From Fibrobacteria bacterium (GTDB taxonomy: Bacteria; Fibrobacterota; Fibrobacteria; UBA11236): 64,000 bases of DNA. Under the pieces are notes generated by a model that did not search any database, had not been told where the DNA came from, and worked only from the letters and a program-made list of their open reading frames with translations. The DNA lies in assembly GCA_043745805.1 (NCBI GenBank), contig JAYTSD010000029.1, positions 16,835 through 80,834 of the forward strand, written 5' to 3'. Every line of letters begins with the position of its first letter. Position 1 is the first letter of the stretch. Made by a program: the position numbers and the translations under genes. Of this stretch, positions 8,715 through 18,678 are shown in pieces.

Positions 8715-11700
8715 ATGGCCGTGGGCCTTTGGGTTAAAAGAATTTTCCTAGCAGGAATGCTGCTTTTTGTGCTCGGTGGCCTTGCTTTTTATGCAGCTGG
8801 CCGCTTTGCCATAGCTCATTATTTACGCAAACCAATTGTAGTGGGCGAGGGTAACATTCATGTTATGGGTGCTACATTGGGCTGGTCCTTAGATTTTTCC
8901 GTCGACTCCATTGTTTATGAAAGCCCCACTTTCTTAGCGAGCAGCCAACAATGCGCCTTACATGCAGATCTTTTTAGAAGTTTTTTGCATTTCGCACCTG
9001 CTATTACGCTTAATGTTAATGCATTGCAAATTGATTTGCTTCCCGATACGCTTACGAAACCAAAAAAACCTTTTCCCGATTCAATCCCATTCCCCTCCTT
9101 TAAAATTCCGGTTGCGGCAAAGATAAGTGTGGAGAAATTTATTTTGCGGGATAGCTTGGGAGAAATGATTCGACTCTCCAAAGTTACGGTAACTAATCCA
9201 AATCCTAAAGCTGTGAATCTAGAAATCAAAGAAATTCAATCTCGATTTTCGAAAAGCCTGTTATTTTCCCTGCAAAGCGAAAACAATTGGATAAATGATT
9301 CGGTAATAGCTTCAATACGAATTCAACAAGGTTCCGATCAAATTCAACTGCAAGGTCATGCTCCCAAATCCAACTTACTTTTAGCCATAGCCGATTTACA
9401 AGTAAAAATTTTATCTTCACAACCATATAATGCAGTATTTTTACCAAACACAAAACTACCAATTTTAAAACATCTTGATTTCACCTTTTCCGGGCAACGT
9501 AACCTTGGATATATTTTTCATAGCAAGTTAAAAACGGAAATCGATCATCTGCCCTCTTCCTCCGGCTATCAGTTAAGTCCGCAAAAAGTTATGTTCACTT
9601 TACAATTCAATGAGAGGCTTGGAAATTGGCTGCTTAAAAGCCAGGGCAAGCAAGGCGAAGATCTGTTATTCAAAGGTCATTTTGATATTATGTCCAAAGA
9701 CTCTTTGCGCGATGTTGCTTATTTGAGTCGTTATATTCAAGCTACAGCCATAGGTCATGTGCATGGCGTCGCTTTAAAAGTGGGCGGACATGCCTTCACG
9801 GGCTCTATAGATTTTCAAGCGCCCTATCTCTCCTCTAAAGCCCTACAAGCCAATGTTATCACCGGCGATAGTTCAAGAATTACTGTCAACCTTAATAAAG
9901 CGTCTAGTGGTTGGAAAGGTGAATTTTCGGTTTTGATTTCGCCCCAAGAACGCTGGGCGCGCGCCTTCGTGGATAGTAACGTGGATTTTCAAAAAATCTT
10001 TGTTCAGGGGCATACGCAACAAAATCAAATTGACGCCTTTTCAGATATTTATGCTTTAAAAGCCTATGGTACTATGGCAGATTCCATTCACCTCGTTCAT
10101 CACTATCAAAAATCAAAGTATGAACTTTACCCATCGACTTGGACTTTAGGAAAGGTAACATGGAAGTTAAGTGGATTAATTCAACTCGATAAACGAAATA
10201 AGCCTATGCAACTCAAAATAGCAAATGCTGAATATGGTTCCATAGAAGCCTCCATCCCTGCACCGAATGAATTTGCTGTACATAGTCAAAATCTATCGCT
10301 TGAGCAATTACCTTATGGAATATTACAACATTTGGATTCTTTATTCTTAACTGATTCACGTTTAAATTTGGATTTTGCCTGGAATAAAAAAACCTCAGTG
10401 GGACATTTAGAAACTGATTTACAAGCCCAGTACAAAAAACAAAAGGTAGCCGCTTTAATCAGTGCAAATTGGGATAAAGAATTGCTGCATATCCCGCAAG
10501 TAAAAGCCGTCCTAGAAGGCATGGCCCTGCAAGGTGATGCGGATTTAGTCTTACATGAAAAACCTTTTTATGCACTATATAAAATTCATTACCCCAACGA
10601 TGTTCAACATATTAGCATTGCAGCGAATCATTTTAATATCGCTAAAGCGATGCAAGTGGCTATGGTCAAACCTCCTTTACGCAATGGTGAGGTGGATGGC
10701 AAGTTTACCTATAGTTATGAAAAGGGATTTGTGGGAGGTTATGAATTCAGCAATATCCAAATGGCCGATTCGCTTCCCGCGACTTTACGCAAATTATCCT
10801 TGCAAGGAGATGGCGACACCTTAAGTATCAATGCAGTTACCGTATCCGATAAGGAACCTCTATTACGCGATTCTCTGCAATTAGCGCTAACCGGTGTTTT
10901 GGCCGATTCGCAATCCTTGCAATTAAAAGCTATAGCGGGAGGAAGCTTGTTTTTAAACTTTCAGGGAGGCATGCATGCTTTCAAAGATTTACAAGGTCAT
11001 TTGCAAGTTACAGGAAAAATTCCCCTACCGGGAAATTCTGGAGAACTGCGCGACTTACAGATAAGCGCTTATGCGAGTTTACCCTTTAAAGCTGCCATGG
11101 TTAATTTATTACTGGATGCAGATATTTTGCAAACGCGATATCTATTGCCCGGCTTAGACACGCAATCGATTTCTGCTCCTCTACATATCCGGCAAGGTCA
11201 GCTAAATGTGCCCATTATAAGTGCTAAAGGCTTAGGTGGAGAATTAAAAGGAAATCTTAATTATCAATTAATTGGTAAGCATATTATGAGTGCACATGTG
11301 GAAGGCTCAAGCTTTAGCGCAAAAATTGGCGATCTTGAACGTATTCGTATTCGAGATTTTAAAGCGGATGCAAATTCCGATTCTAGCGAACTTACCTTTC
11401 AAAGTTATATAGGTTCCGGTTCGGCGGAACATGTAAAACCTCCCCTGCGCGTCGCTGGGGATTTTTCCCGAATGCAAATTTTTTATACTGCACCGCTGGG
11501 CAGCTCAGACAATAAAAGCAAAATCGATTATTCCGAAGCGCCTATTCCCTATTTGCAAGTGAGAGCAACACTCGATAGCTCCATTCTACATTATCGGTTA
11601 CGTAGTTTAGAAACTCTACAAAACTTATTTAAGCAAACACCCGAAGTTGCCACTTCTAAACGCCTGGTAAAAAGGGCTTCCAAACCCTTGCAGTTGGATC

Positions 11701-12707
11701 TCAATTTAGAAACTTCAGGAACGGGAAATCATGTAGAAACCGACGTGTTACGGTTTAATTATGTAGGTGATATCTCTATAGCCGGCATTTATCCTTATAC
11801 CTTGATGCAGGGCCGAATTACTGGGCTAAAAGGAGAATTAGGAACAAAGGATCAAGCATTTACCATCAAAAATTTTGAACTCAAATGGCTTAATGTACCC
11901 ATAGACGAAGGGGAATTGCAATTAGAAGCACAAAAATCTTTGGCAAAAACTTGCGAAGTCAGTATGCAAGATTCTTGTAAGGTCATTACTCGATTGACTG
12001 GAAATTTAAATGATTTAAAATTTGCCTATGATAGCGATTGCCAAGGTGCCTATGGCGCTGGTGCAGAAATCTCTGCTTTAATTTATTCCGTGAGACGTGG
12101 ATGTTACTCCCCTTTGTTTTCCAGCGGAGGCAGTGTATCGTATCAAGAAGCTGCCTATGGATTATTAGAACCCTTAGCCAGTTCTTATCTCACTAAAGCA
12201 GCCAATAAACTTTCGGGAAATTGGATTTCCAATGCGCAAGTCAGCGGCTTAGGAGCTTTGGCAACAGATAAAAAAATGATTAGCGATTCTACGCATAGTG
12301 GTTCATCCACTTCGGCAGCCTCAGCAGGTAATAGCGCGGTTGCCATTGAAATTTTAAGCAAGGAGTTTTGGCGTTTACGCATGCGTGCGCGTTATGCCTA
12401 TACCCCTGACAAAGCAGAAAATACTAATCCGGGTAATTATCGCTTGGCTTTAGAATGGCGTCCCCCACCACTATGGCTCATTAATGATCAAGAATGGAAA
12501 AAAAAGATCAAAAATAATATAAGCGTTGAAGCCGCTATATTTACTGATCCCGATCGGCTCCAGCAAGAAGCACAAAACAATTTGCGTAAGCGATTGAGTT
12601 TAAATTACAATTATAATTTTTGGGGCACGCATGGCTCCGTTCATGCTAAGAAGTCCTCTCAAATTAAATCACCAGCCATCGATAGCTCGTTAGAAAAAAA
12701 ACCATGA
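8715..12707 (+). CDS. tamB: TamB/AsmA-like translocation and assembly module protein
   Basis: 1330 aa, N-terminal TM anchor, beta-rich body, DUF490-like C-terminal region; coupled to an Omp85 gene. Confidence 0.7.
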   Translation: MAVGLWVKRIFLAGMLLFVLGGLAFYAAGRFAIAHYLRKPIVVGEGNIHVMGATLGWSLDFSVDSIVYESPTFLASSQQCALHADLFRSFLHFAPAITLNVNALQIDLLPDTLTKPKKPFPDSIPFPSFKIPVAAKISVEKFILRDSLGEMIRLSKVTVTNPNPKAVNLEIKEIQSRFSKSLLFSLQSENNWINDSVIASIRIQQGSDQIQLQGHAPKSNLLLAIADLQVKILSSQPYNAVFLPNTKLPILKHLDFTFSGQRNLGYIFHSKLKTEIDHLPSSSGYQLSPQKVMFTLQFNERLGNWLLKSQGKQGEDLLFKGHFDIMSKDSLRDVAYLSRYIQATAIGHVHGVALKVGGHAFTGSIDFQAPYLSSKALQANVITGDSSRITVNLNKASSGWKGEFSVLISPQERWARAFVDSNVDFQKIFVQGHTQQNQIDAFSDIYALKAYGTMADSIHLVHHYQKSKYELYPSTWTLGKVTWKLSGLIQLDKRNKPMQLKIANAEYGSIEASIPAPNEFAVHSQNLSLEQLPYGILQHLDSLFLTDSRLNLDFAWNKKTSVGHLETDLQAQYKKQKVAALISANWDKELLHIPQVKAVLEGMALQGDADLVLHEKPFYALYKIHYPNDVQHISIAANHFNIAKAMQVAMVKPPLRNGEVDGKFTYSYEKGFVGGYEFSNIQMADSLPATLRKLSLQGDGDTLSINAVTVSDKEPLLRDSLQLALTGVLADSQSLQLKAIAGGSLFLNFQGGMHAFKDLQGHLQVTGKIPLPGNSGELRDLQISAYASLPFKAAMVNLLLDADILQTRYLLPGLDTQSISAPLHIRQGQLNVPIISAKGLGGELKGNLNYQLIGKHIMSAHVEGSSFSAKIGDLERIRIRDFKADANSDSSELTFQSYIGSGSAEHVKPPLRVAGDFSRMQIFYTAPLGSSDNKSKIDYSEAPIPYLQVRATLDSSILHYRLRSLETLQNLFKQTPEVATSKRLVKRASKPLQLDLNLETSGTGNHVETDVLRFNYVGDISIAGIYPYTLMQGRITGLKGELGTKDQAFTIKNFELKWLNVPIDEGELQLEAQKSLAKTCEVSMQDSCKVITRLTGNLNDLKFAYDSDCQGAYGAGAEISALIYSVRRGCYSPLFSSGGSVSYQEAAYGLLEPLASSYLTKAANKLSGNWISNAQVSGLGALATDKKMISDSTHSGSSTSAASAGNSAVAIEILSKEFWRLRMRARYAYTPDKAENTNPGNYRLALEWRPPPLWLINDQEWKKKIKNNISVEAAIFTDPDRLQQEAQNNLRKRLSLNYNYNFWGTHGSVHAKKSSQIKSPAIDSSLEKKP

Positions 12708-14668
12708 AGGTGAATATCACAACAAAAAAATATTTATGCCCATTACGTGTGGCTTGGTATTTAGCCTTATTTTTTTGCTTAGTCCAATTTTCACGAGCCG
12801 AAGTCATTGTCACGTTTACGGGCAATCATTTTTATCGCAATACACAACTCTTAGAATTGTTATCTCCCGATCCCGAAACCTATACACCCGAAGGTCTGCA
12901 CACTTGGGAAGATGATGCGCATTTATATATCAATGATCTCTATCGCAAAAATGGTTTTTTCGATGTGGAGATCACGCTTAAACTTCAACCCACTAAAGAC
13001 AAGCCAAAAGATTGGGATGCCGCTATTAATATTAATGAGGGGGAACGTTATCATTTTGACAAAGTGCAAGTTTCTGAACGAGATAGTCTTAAAGTAAAAA
13101 GCGGCACACCCTCAACTAACTTGTCAGTCAACATCGATTTGCAAGACCTCAAAGTAAAAACGGGGAATATCTATTTTGATGAAAAAATATTCCAAGATAG
13201 GCGTTTTCTGATACGCGAATATGGGAATGCCGGATTTATCCGCGCTAAAGTTTATTACAAAACTACACTTAAACCTGAAACCCATGCTATAAAGGTTGAT
13301 TATTTCGTTGAACCGGCGTATCCCATTGTCTTTGATACGCTTTATGTACGTAACTTACGCGCTTCTCCTGATGATAACCTAAAAGGTTTGACCAAAAATT
13401 CTCTGCTGGCTTCACTTTTTCCTTATCACAGGGGAGACACAGTACGTATTGCTCAAAATGATAGGCTTATAGAAAAATTACAATATGCCGGAACCTTTAA
13501 TTATGTAAGGATCAAGGATAGTCTGCTTCCAGGACCCGAGCATCATAGCGCCATCTATCTTTTTGCCGAAGAACATACGCCAGGTAATATTCACTCCTCG
13601 GCTTTTTACGAAACACAATATGGACCGGGTGTATCTTTGGATTTGCGCCATAGTAACGTTGCAGGTACTCTAAAAGAATTGCGAGGCGGTTCCTCGGTAG
13701 CTGTGGACAAACAGAACTCATATCTAGGCTTTGGTTCCCCACTTACTTTGGGTTTATTGGTACGTTTCGACGAGGACTTAGATTTCAATTGGCTACAAGA
13801 CCAACCCGTGCATAAAAAAGAAGGTCTTTGGGGTGGCGATTTTGAAGCCACCAATAGTATGCGGCTTACTTGGCCTTGGTCTTATTGGTTGCGCCTAGTC
13901 ACCAATGCCGAATTAAAATCCCAAAGCCGTATGCTCAGTGAAAGCGATAGAGAACGATCCTTGGATTTAAACTTTATTCAAACGAGCTTCTTTACTTTTG
14001 TGAATCAATCCTTAGATCCAACCCGTGGCTTGCGCTATGCTTTAAGCTGGGGTAATGGCGGACATTTTATTGAAAATAGTCAATTTTATTTATCCAAGCA
14101 TCGCCACAATTGGTTAGAATTACAGTCCTCATATTATTACTACTTTCATTCACTTCCCCAAATAAAATTTGCCATGCGTTTAAATGGAGGACGTTTTTTT
14201 GGAGAAGGAGAAACTAATTCAGATCGATTTTATTTAGGCGGTGGCCGCAATGTACGCAGCTATGCTTATCAAGCTTTATGTCCCGATACCTTGCTCGTTC
14301 CCAGCCCTAATGATTCTACACAAAACGTAACCGTTTGCTCCGATAAAAACTTAACCGCCGCCTATTTTCTCAGCTCCTATGAGTTACGTTTTGCCCCCTT
14401 TGATTTCCGCTATATACGCGCACTTGGCCCCTTACGCTTTTTAAAGCCTTTGGAAATTGTCCCTTTTTATGATTTTGGAAAAGTATGGAATGTCGAGAAA
14501 GGTTTTTCTTGGTCTTCCCAACAACATGGCCAAGGCTATGCCTATGGCTGGGGATTACGTTATCCGTTACTGGGTGTTTTTAATTTACGTTTCGATTTGG
14601 CCTATGGTGCTCCGGGCAATGGCTACTGGCCGGATCAATGGGTAGTTGATTTGGCGCAGGCTTTTTGA
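12704..14668 (+). CDS. tamA: Omp85-family (TamA/BamA-like) outer membrane protein
   Basis: POTRA-like repeats (YRKNGFFDV, YGNAGFIRA), RFYLGGGRNVRSY, G.GLRY, terminal QAF. Confidence 0.82.
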   Translation: MKVNITTKKYLCPLRVAWYLALFFCLVQFSRAEVIVTFTGNHFYRNTQLLELLSPDPETYTPEGLHTWEDDAHLYINDLYRKNGFFDVEITLKLQPTKDKPKDWDAAININEGERYHFDKVQVSERDSLKVKSGTPSTNLSVNIDLQDLKVKTGNIYFDEKIFQDRRFLIREYGNAGFIRAKVYYKTTLKPETHAIKVDYFVEPAYPIVFDTLYVRNLRASPDDNLKGLTKNSLLASLFPYHRGDTVRIAQNDRLIEKLQYAGTFNYVRIKDSLLPGPEHHSAIYLFAEEHTPGNIHSSAFYETQYGPGVSLDLRHSNVAGTLKELRGGSSVAVDKQNSYLGFGSPLTLGLLVRFDEDLDFNWLQDQPVHKKEGLWGGDFEATNSMRLTWPWSYWLRLVTNAELKSQSRMLSESDRERSLDLNFIQTSFFTFVNQSLDPTRGLRYALSWGNGGHFIENSQFYLSKHRHNWLELQSSYYYYFHSLPQIKFAMRLNGGRFFGEGETNSDRFYLGGGRNVRSYAYQALCPDTLLVPSPNDSTQNVTVCSDKNLTAAYFLSSYELRFAPFDFRYIRALGPLRFLKPLEIVPFYDFGKVWNVEKGFSWSSQQHGQGYAYGWGLRYPLLGVFNLRFDLAYGAPGNGYWPDQWVVDLAQAF

Positions 14669-14671
14669 AGT

Positions 14672-15292
14672 TTATTCTTTCAAAGTAGTCATGTATAATT
14701 TATTGATGCGAATATAATCTATTACTTGGATGCATAAATCTTGCTTTACGATTTCAAAATTACCATTCATCAGAGCTTTACGAATTTCAGTTGAAGAACA
14801 TCCTGGAATATTATCCGCTTCCTTTAAATAAAGATGCGGTGGCTTTTTATACCATACATCATTTTGAACTAAGGGTTCCCCTTTGCGTGGAATGACAACT
14901 ACATTACATTCTGCTATTAATTTTTCGGATTGTTTCCATTTATGAAAGCTTTTTGCATTATCCTCGCCAATGATCAGGGAGAATTTAATGTTTAAAAACT
15001 CTGGATCAGATTGTAAACGCTGAATCAATTCATAAGTTGAACCTTGCATTTTATTTTTAATTTCATAATCGCATACCGTTATACCCTTTTCATCCTGTAC
15101 AGCTAAGCGACACATTTCCAAACGATCTTGTGTAGAAACCATTTCCTTTGCGTAAATATGTTTGTAACATGGAAGTAACCATACTTCATCAAACAAATTA
15201 GTTTCGTTCAACACCCAATGTGCCACCTGTACATGACCTTTATGAATAGGATTAAATGCCCCACCGTATAACGCCACTTTAGTGATTTTCAT
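14672..15292 (-). CDS. nadD: Nicotinate-nucleotide adenylyltransferase
   Basis: YGGAFNPIHKGH, IIGEDN, SSTEIR. Confidence 0.93.
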   Translation of the reverse strand: MKITKVALYGGAFNPIHKGHVQVAHWVLNETNLFDEVWLLPCYKHIYAKEMVSTQDRLEMCRLAVQDEKGITVCDYEIKNKMQGSTYELIQRLQSDPEFLNIKFSLIIGEDNAKSFHKWKQSEKLIAECNVVVIPRKGEPLVQNDVWYKKPPHLYLKEADNIPGCSSTEIRKALMNGNFEIVKQDLCIQVIDYIRINKLYMTTLKE

Positions 15293-15322
15293 TATTTTTT
15301 CGAATCCAAAGGTAAGATACCA

Positions 15323-16000
15323 CTACTTCCCTTTTTTCTTAAAAACCGCCTGCATAAGCTTACACATATTCCCTGGGAAATTTTTACAAATGTCCTCAAA
15401 GGGCTTACCCTTATCCTTCTGCCAGAGAGTACTGAATTTATCATCAATAGGCTGCAATAGTTTTATGCAAAGCTGAATATCGTCCACAGGAATATCCTGT
15501 AAGAGAATGTTACCCACTTTGGCGAATTGTTCATAACAGGCAAAAAGAACTTTTTCACCTTTGGGGGTTATACTTAATCTTTTTGAGCGCTTATCTTGCA
15601 CATCCTCTTTTTCTTTGACATAACCCATTTTTATGAGATCATCTAAAATCGCTAAACCGGTGGAAAGCTCTTGAATGTTACAGTAAATCACTTCCGTTTT
15701 ACGCGGATCTTTCATTTGAAAGATATAATTCAAAAAATAAAATTCTTCCAAACGCTTCGCACCTGTATCCTTCATGGCCGAATCCATATACACCGAACTT
15801 ATTTTCATAATTCGTCCCATTAGTTTTAGCAGGACTAAATCCGGACTGGGAGGAATCATTTGTCCTCCAAAGAGTTTGGAGTTATTTGATTGTTCTCGAT
15901 TTTGAAGCAGGTAGGCGCTACAGAAGTCCTCTAGGCTGGCTTTAGGGTTTTTGCCCTCAAATTCCGCCCAATGATTCAATAATTCGACTGTTTTATTCAT
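15323..16000 (-). CDS. MarR-family transcriptional regulator
   Basis: L..LIKMGYV...DKRSKRLSITPKG winged helix. Confidence 0.85.
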   Translation of the reverse strand: MNKTVELLNHWAEFEGKNPKASLEDFCSAYLLQNREQSNNSKLFGGQMIPPSPDLVLLKLMGRIMKISSVYMDSAMKDTGAKRLEEFYFLNYIFQMKDPRKTEVIYCNIQELSTGLAILDDLIKMGYVKEKEDVQDKRSKRLSITPKGEKVLFACYEQFAKVGNILLQDIPVDDIQLCIKLLQPIDDKFSTLWQKDKGKPFEDICKNFPGNMCKLMQAVFKKKGK

Positions 16001-16063
16001 TTATAGCCTTTGCATGCCTTTTTAACACCGTTGCAATATATAAAATGCCCGAATAGTTGCCAG

Positions 16064-16114
16064 TTACATCGGTTTAGATATAGTTTTATTATTATAACAT
16101 CAGAACAGATATAA
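16064..16114. promoter_or_regulatory. Pair of imperfect palindromic operators
   Basis: TTACATC-N6-GATATAG (16064-16083) and TAACATC-N6-GATATAA (16095-16114). Confidence 0.5.
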
Positions 16115-16159
16115 AAAACATGATTCTTTTAACCCCACAATTTAATCGGACGTTTTAAC

Positions 16160-16450
16160 ATGCCGTTGCTAATGCTTAAACTTTTATTTGTCATTACCTC
16201 CTTAAGCTTGCAAGCTAAGTATTCTCCATTATACACTACGCCAACTCCTATTGCAGAGGATTCACTCACTACACATAAATTGCACAGCGCCAATATTGCA
16301 AAAGAAGATTCAAACGCTAAATTAAATTTGGCAAATTTTTATTGCGCTTCCGATTCTGGACAGAAAAAATAATGCGAAAATATTTCTGTTACATTTCGAT
16401 ACAATCTATTGCGGCAATGTTTACAACCAGAAAGCATATTTTTTAAATGA
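16160..16450 (+). pseudogene. Possible secreted Sel1-like protein interrupted by TAA at 16370
   Basis: Signal-like N-terminus and DSNAKLNLANFY. The frame continues past the TAA to a TGA overlapping the next ATG. Confidence 0.3.
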
Positions 16451-17007
16451 ATTTATTCCCCGTCCATCCTGAAAAATTAAAGCAATTGATTTTGCATATT
16501 TGTCGTTTGTACAAAGCAAACTCGGCTTTTAACTTAGCGGATCTCGGGAATATTTTATTCTATGCCGATTTTAACCATTTCAAAAACTATGGGTTCCCAA
16601 TTACCGGACAAGCCTATATCAAACAGCTCGATGGCTTTGCACCCACTAGACTGCTGTCACTATGCCAACAAATGCATACGCAAAAAAAAATCAATTTAAG
16701 CTCCTTGCAAACGGCAAGTTTTTCGGCGGTTAAAATTAAGGCTTATACTAATGCAGCTTTAAATTTATTCGATGGACAAGAAATTGCTTTGGTAGATGAA
16801 ATCATTTTTCATTTTCACAAACAAAAATTTATTACGCCACTTTCGCCTCACTATATTGCAGGCACGGAGCTTATTCATCTGCAAGAAGACATCCCTTATT
16901 ATTTGGCTTTGATCGAAAACAAACGTTTTCACCCTAATGCCTATGAAGCCAAATACGCAGAACAATTAAAAACATTAGCGCATCAATCGAGGGTTTTAAC
17001 ATTATGA
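16447..17007 (+). CDS. Panacea (DUF4065/SocA)-domain antitoxin
   Basis: KLKQLILHI...LGNILFYADF...GFPITGQAYIK...G.AP, later LFDGQEIALVDEII and IPY. Confidence 0.8.
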   Translation: MNLFPVHPEKLKQLILHICRLYKANSAFNLADLGNILFYADFNHFKNYGFPITGQAYIKQLDGFAPTRLLSLCQQMHTQKKINLSSLQTASFSAVKIKAYTNAALNLFDGQEIALVDEIIFHFHKQKFITPLSPHYIAGTELIHLQEDIPYYLALIENKRFHPNAYEAKYAEQLKTLAHQSRVLTL

Positions 17008-17303
17008 AATGGAATGTATTAGCCTTACCCAAATTTAATGCGCAATTCGAATTGATAAAATCAAAAATCAGAAGGGCCGATGAGTTTATGGAAGGGGCGA
17101 AATGGATTTTGGAACGTGATGCTTTGCGAGGGGTAACCGTTTGTGAAAACCCGCCGGTATTTGCTTTGGGAATCAATGCCATGGCGGAAAAGACAGCAAT
17201 ATCCGTATACTATACGGTGTCCTTCCAAAATGTTTATTTACTCTCTATTGCTACGTCCTCGGTTAAAATGAATTCTAAAGGTCGTATACCGAGTGAGCTT
17301 TAG
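17004..17303 (+). CDS. Putative toxin (RelE/ParE-like pattern)
   Basis: ATGA-coupled to the antitoxin; beta-alpha-alpha start and SVYYTV...VYLLSI end. Confidence 0.55.
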   Translation: MKWNVLALPKFNAQFELIKSKIRRADEFMEGAKWILERDALRGVTVCENPPVFALGINAMAEKTAISVYYTVSFQNVYLLSIATSSVKMNSKGRIPSEL

Positions 17304-18502
17304 CCAAATTCGGCTTCACCTGAGGATTTTGTTTTGGATTCACTTTTTAGGCGCATAGGTAACAAATACGAAGCTCCAGGCAAACCTCTCCAATCAAAGG
17401 GTTTGTGAGGCAACGCTAAGCTATAACGCAAACGCGGAAAATCTGCGAGCAACCATTGTACAAACCAAGCCATGATATACGAACATCCCGTAACCATAAT
17501 GATGCGAAAAAACAAATCGAATAAAGACACTTCCCAAAAAGCAAACTCAACCCATCGTAAAAAATGCGTGTGAACTAAATATACAAAAAAGGTATACGGC
17601 GCTAAATGCGTAAAGATGAATTGAAAATTTTTATTCGCATAAATGGTTTGCTCTAACCATGGCTTGATTTTTAAAAAAACTAACAAAGATGCGGCACAAT
17701 AAAGCATAATAGACCAACGATTGCAATGATCAATATTCCAAAGCTCTTTACCATAAGCGAGATTAATTTGCACTTCCGCATTGATAAGCGCAAAACAAAA
17801 CAACCAAAAAAGCCAAGCTTGCTTAGGGCTATAACTCTCTACAATTTTTTCAATCCATTCTTGATTCCAAGCCACAAACATTCCTGCATAACAAAAGAAC
17901 CAATGTAAGATGAGCCAGTTAGGATGAAAGTGTAGAGGCGATATTCCTAGGGCATCAGCAAAGGTTTCGCTTGGAGCCATCAACAATAAATGCAAACCTA
18001 AAAATAAAACAAAACATGATTTGGATTTTGCTAAGCGATAAACCCAAGGGAAGATCATATACAACTGAAATAAGACTATGAGGAAATAATATTGATAATC
18101 AAAGCCTTCGAAAAAAACGAAACGTAACACATCGGTTAAGCTGCCAAGAGCATTATTTTTCCAAGGCAAGCCCAAGACATAATCTACATGACGAAAGCTG
18201 GTTATAGCCGTCCACATTAAGAAGGGAACAAATATTTTTAATAAGCGTTTTCGATAATACTGATTTACATCTAAAGGCTTGGAGCTACCGACATATTTAG
18301 CGGTTAATCCAAAACCTGAGAGAAATAGAAAAAGTGGGACCGTGAAACGTGAAAGTTGATCGAGATAAGTCGTGAAATAATTTAAACTCCAAAGTGTTTG
18401 ATTCTTGGCATATTGTTCCACCCAATAATGTACGCTATGCACAACGATCACCGCAATGCTTGCAATAACGCGTAAAAAATCTCCATCTTTTTTGGTGACC
18501 AT
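17300..18502 (-). CDS. Acyltransferase-3 (OafA-like) membrane O-acyltransferase
   Basis: DFLRVIASIAVIVVH, RFTVPLFLFLSGF, YYRKRL, FFVYLVH. Confidence 0.9.
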   Translation of the reverse strand: MVTKKDGDFLRVIASIAVIVVHSVHYWVEQYAKNQTLWSLNYFTTYLDQLSRFTVPLFLFLSGFGLTAKYVGSSKPLDVNQYYRKRLLKIFVPFLMWTAITSFRHVDYVLGLPWKNNALGSLTDVLRFVFFEGFDYQYYFLIVLFQLYMIFPWVYRLAKSKSCFVLFLGLHLLLMAPSETFADALGISPLHFHPNWLILHWFFCYAGMFVAWNQEWIEKIVESYSPKQAWLFWLFCFALINAEVQINLAYGKELWNIDHCNRWSIMLYCAASLLVFLKIKPWLEQTIYANKNFQFIFTHLAPYTFFVYLVHTHFLRWVEFAFWEVSLFDLFFRIIMVTGCSYIMAWFVQWLLADFPRLRYSLALPHKPFDWRGLPGASYLLPMRLKSESKTKSSGEAEFG

Positions 18503-18678
18503 TAATTCTCACTCCAAAGGTTCTTTATCCTAAGCGATAAATCCTTAGCACTATAATTTTGACCAAGGGAAGGAGAAATTTACCACTTCATGAAGAGTTT
18601 GTAAATCAAAGTTTGGCGTAAAAGTTTTTTAATTTCAGTCCAAGCATTGCCTTTGAAAGGAGGTGTTTTATGATTTTT

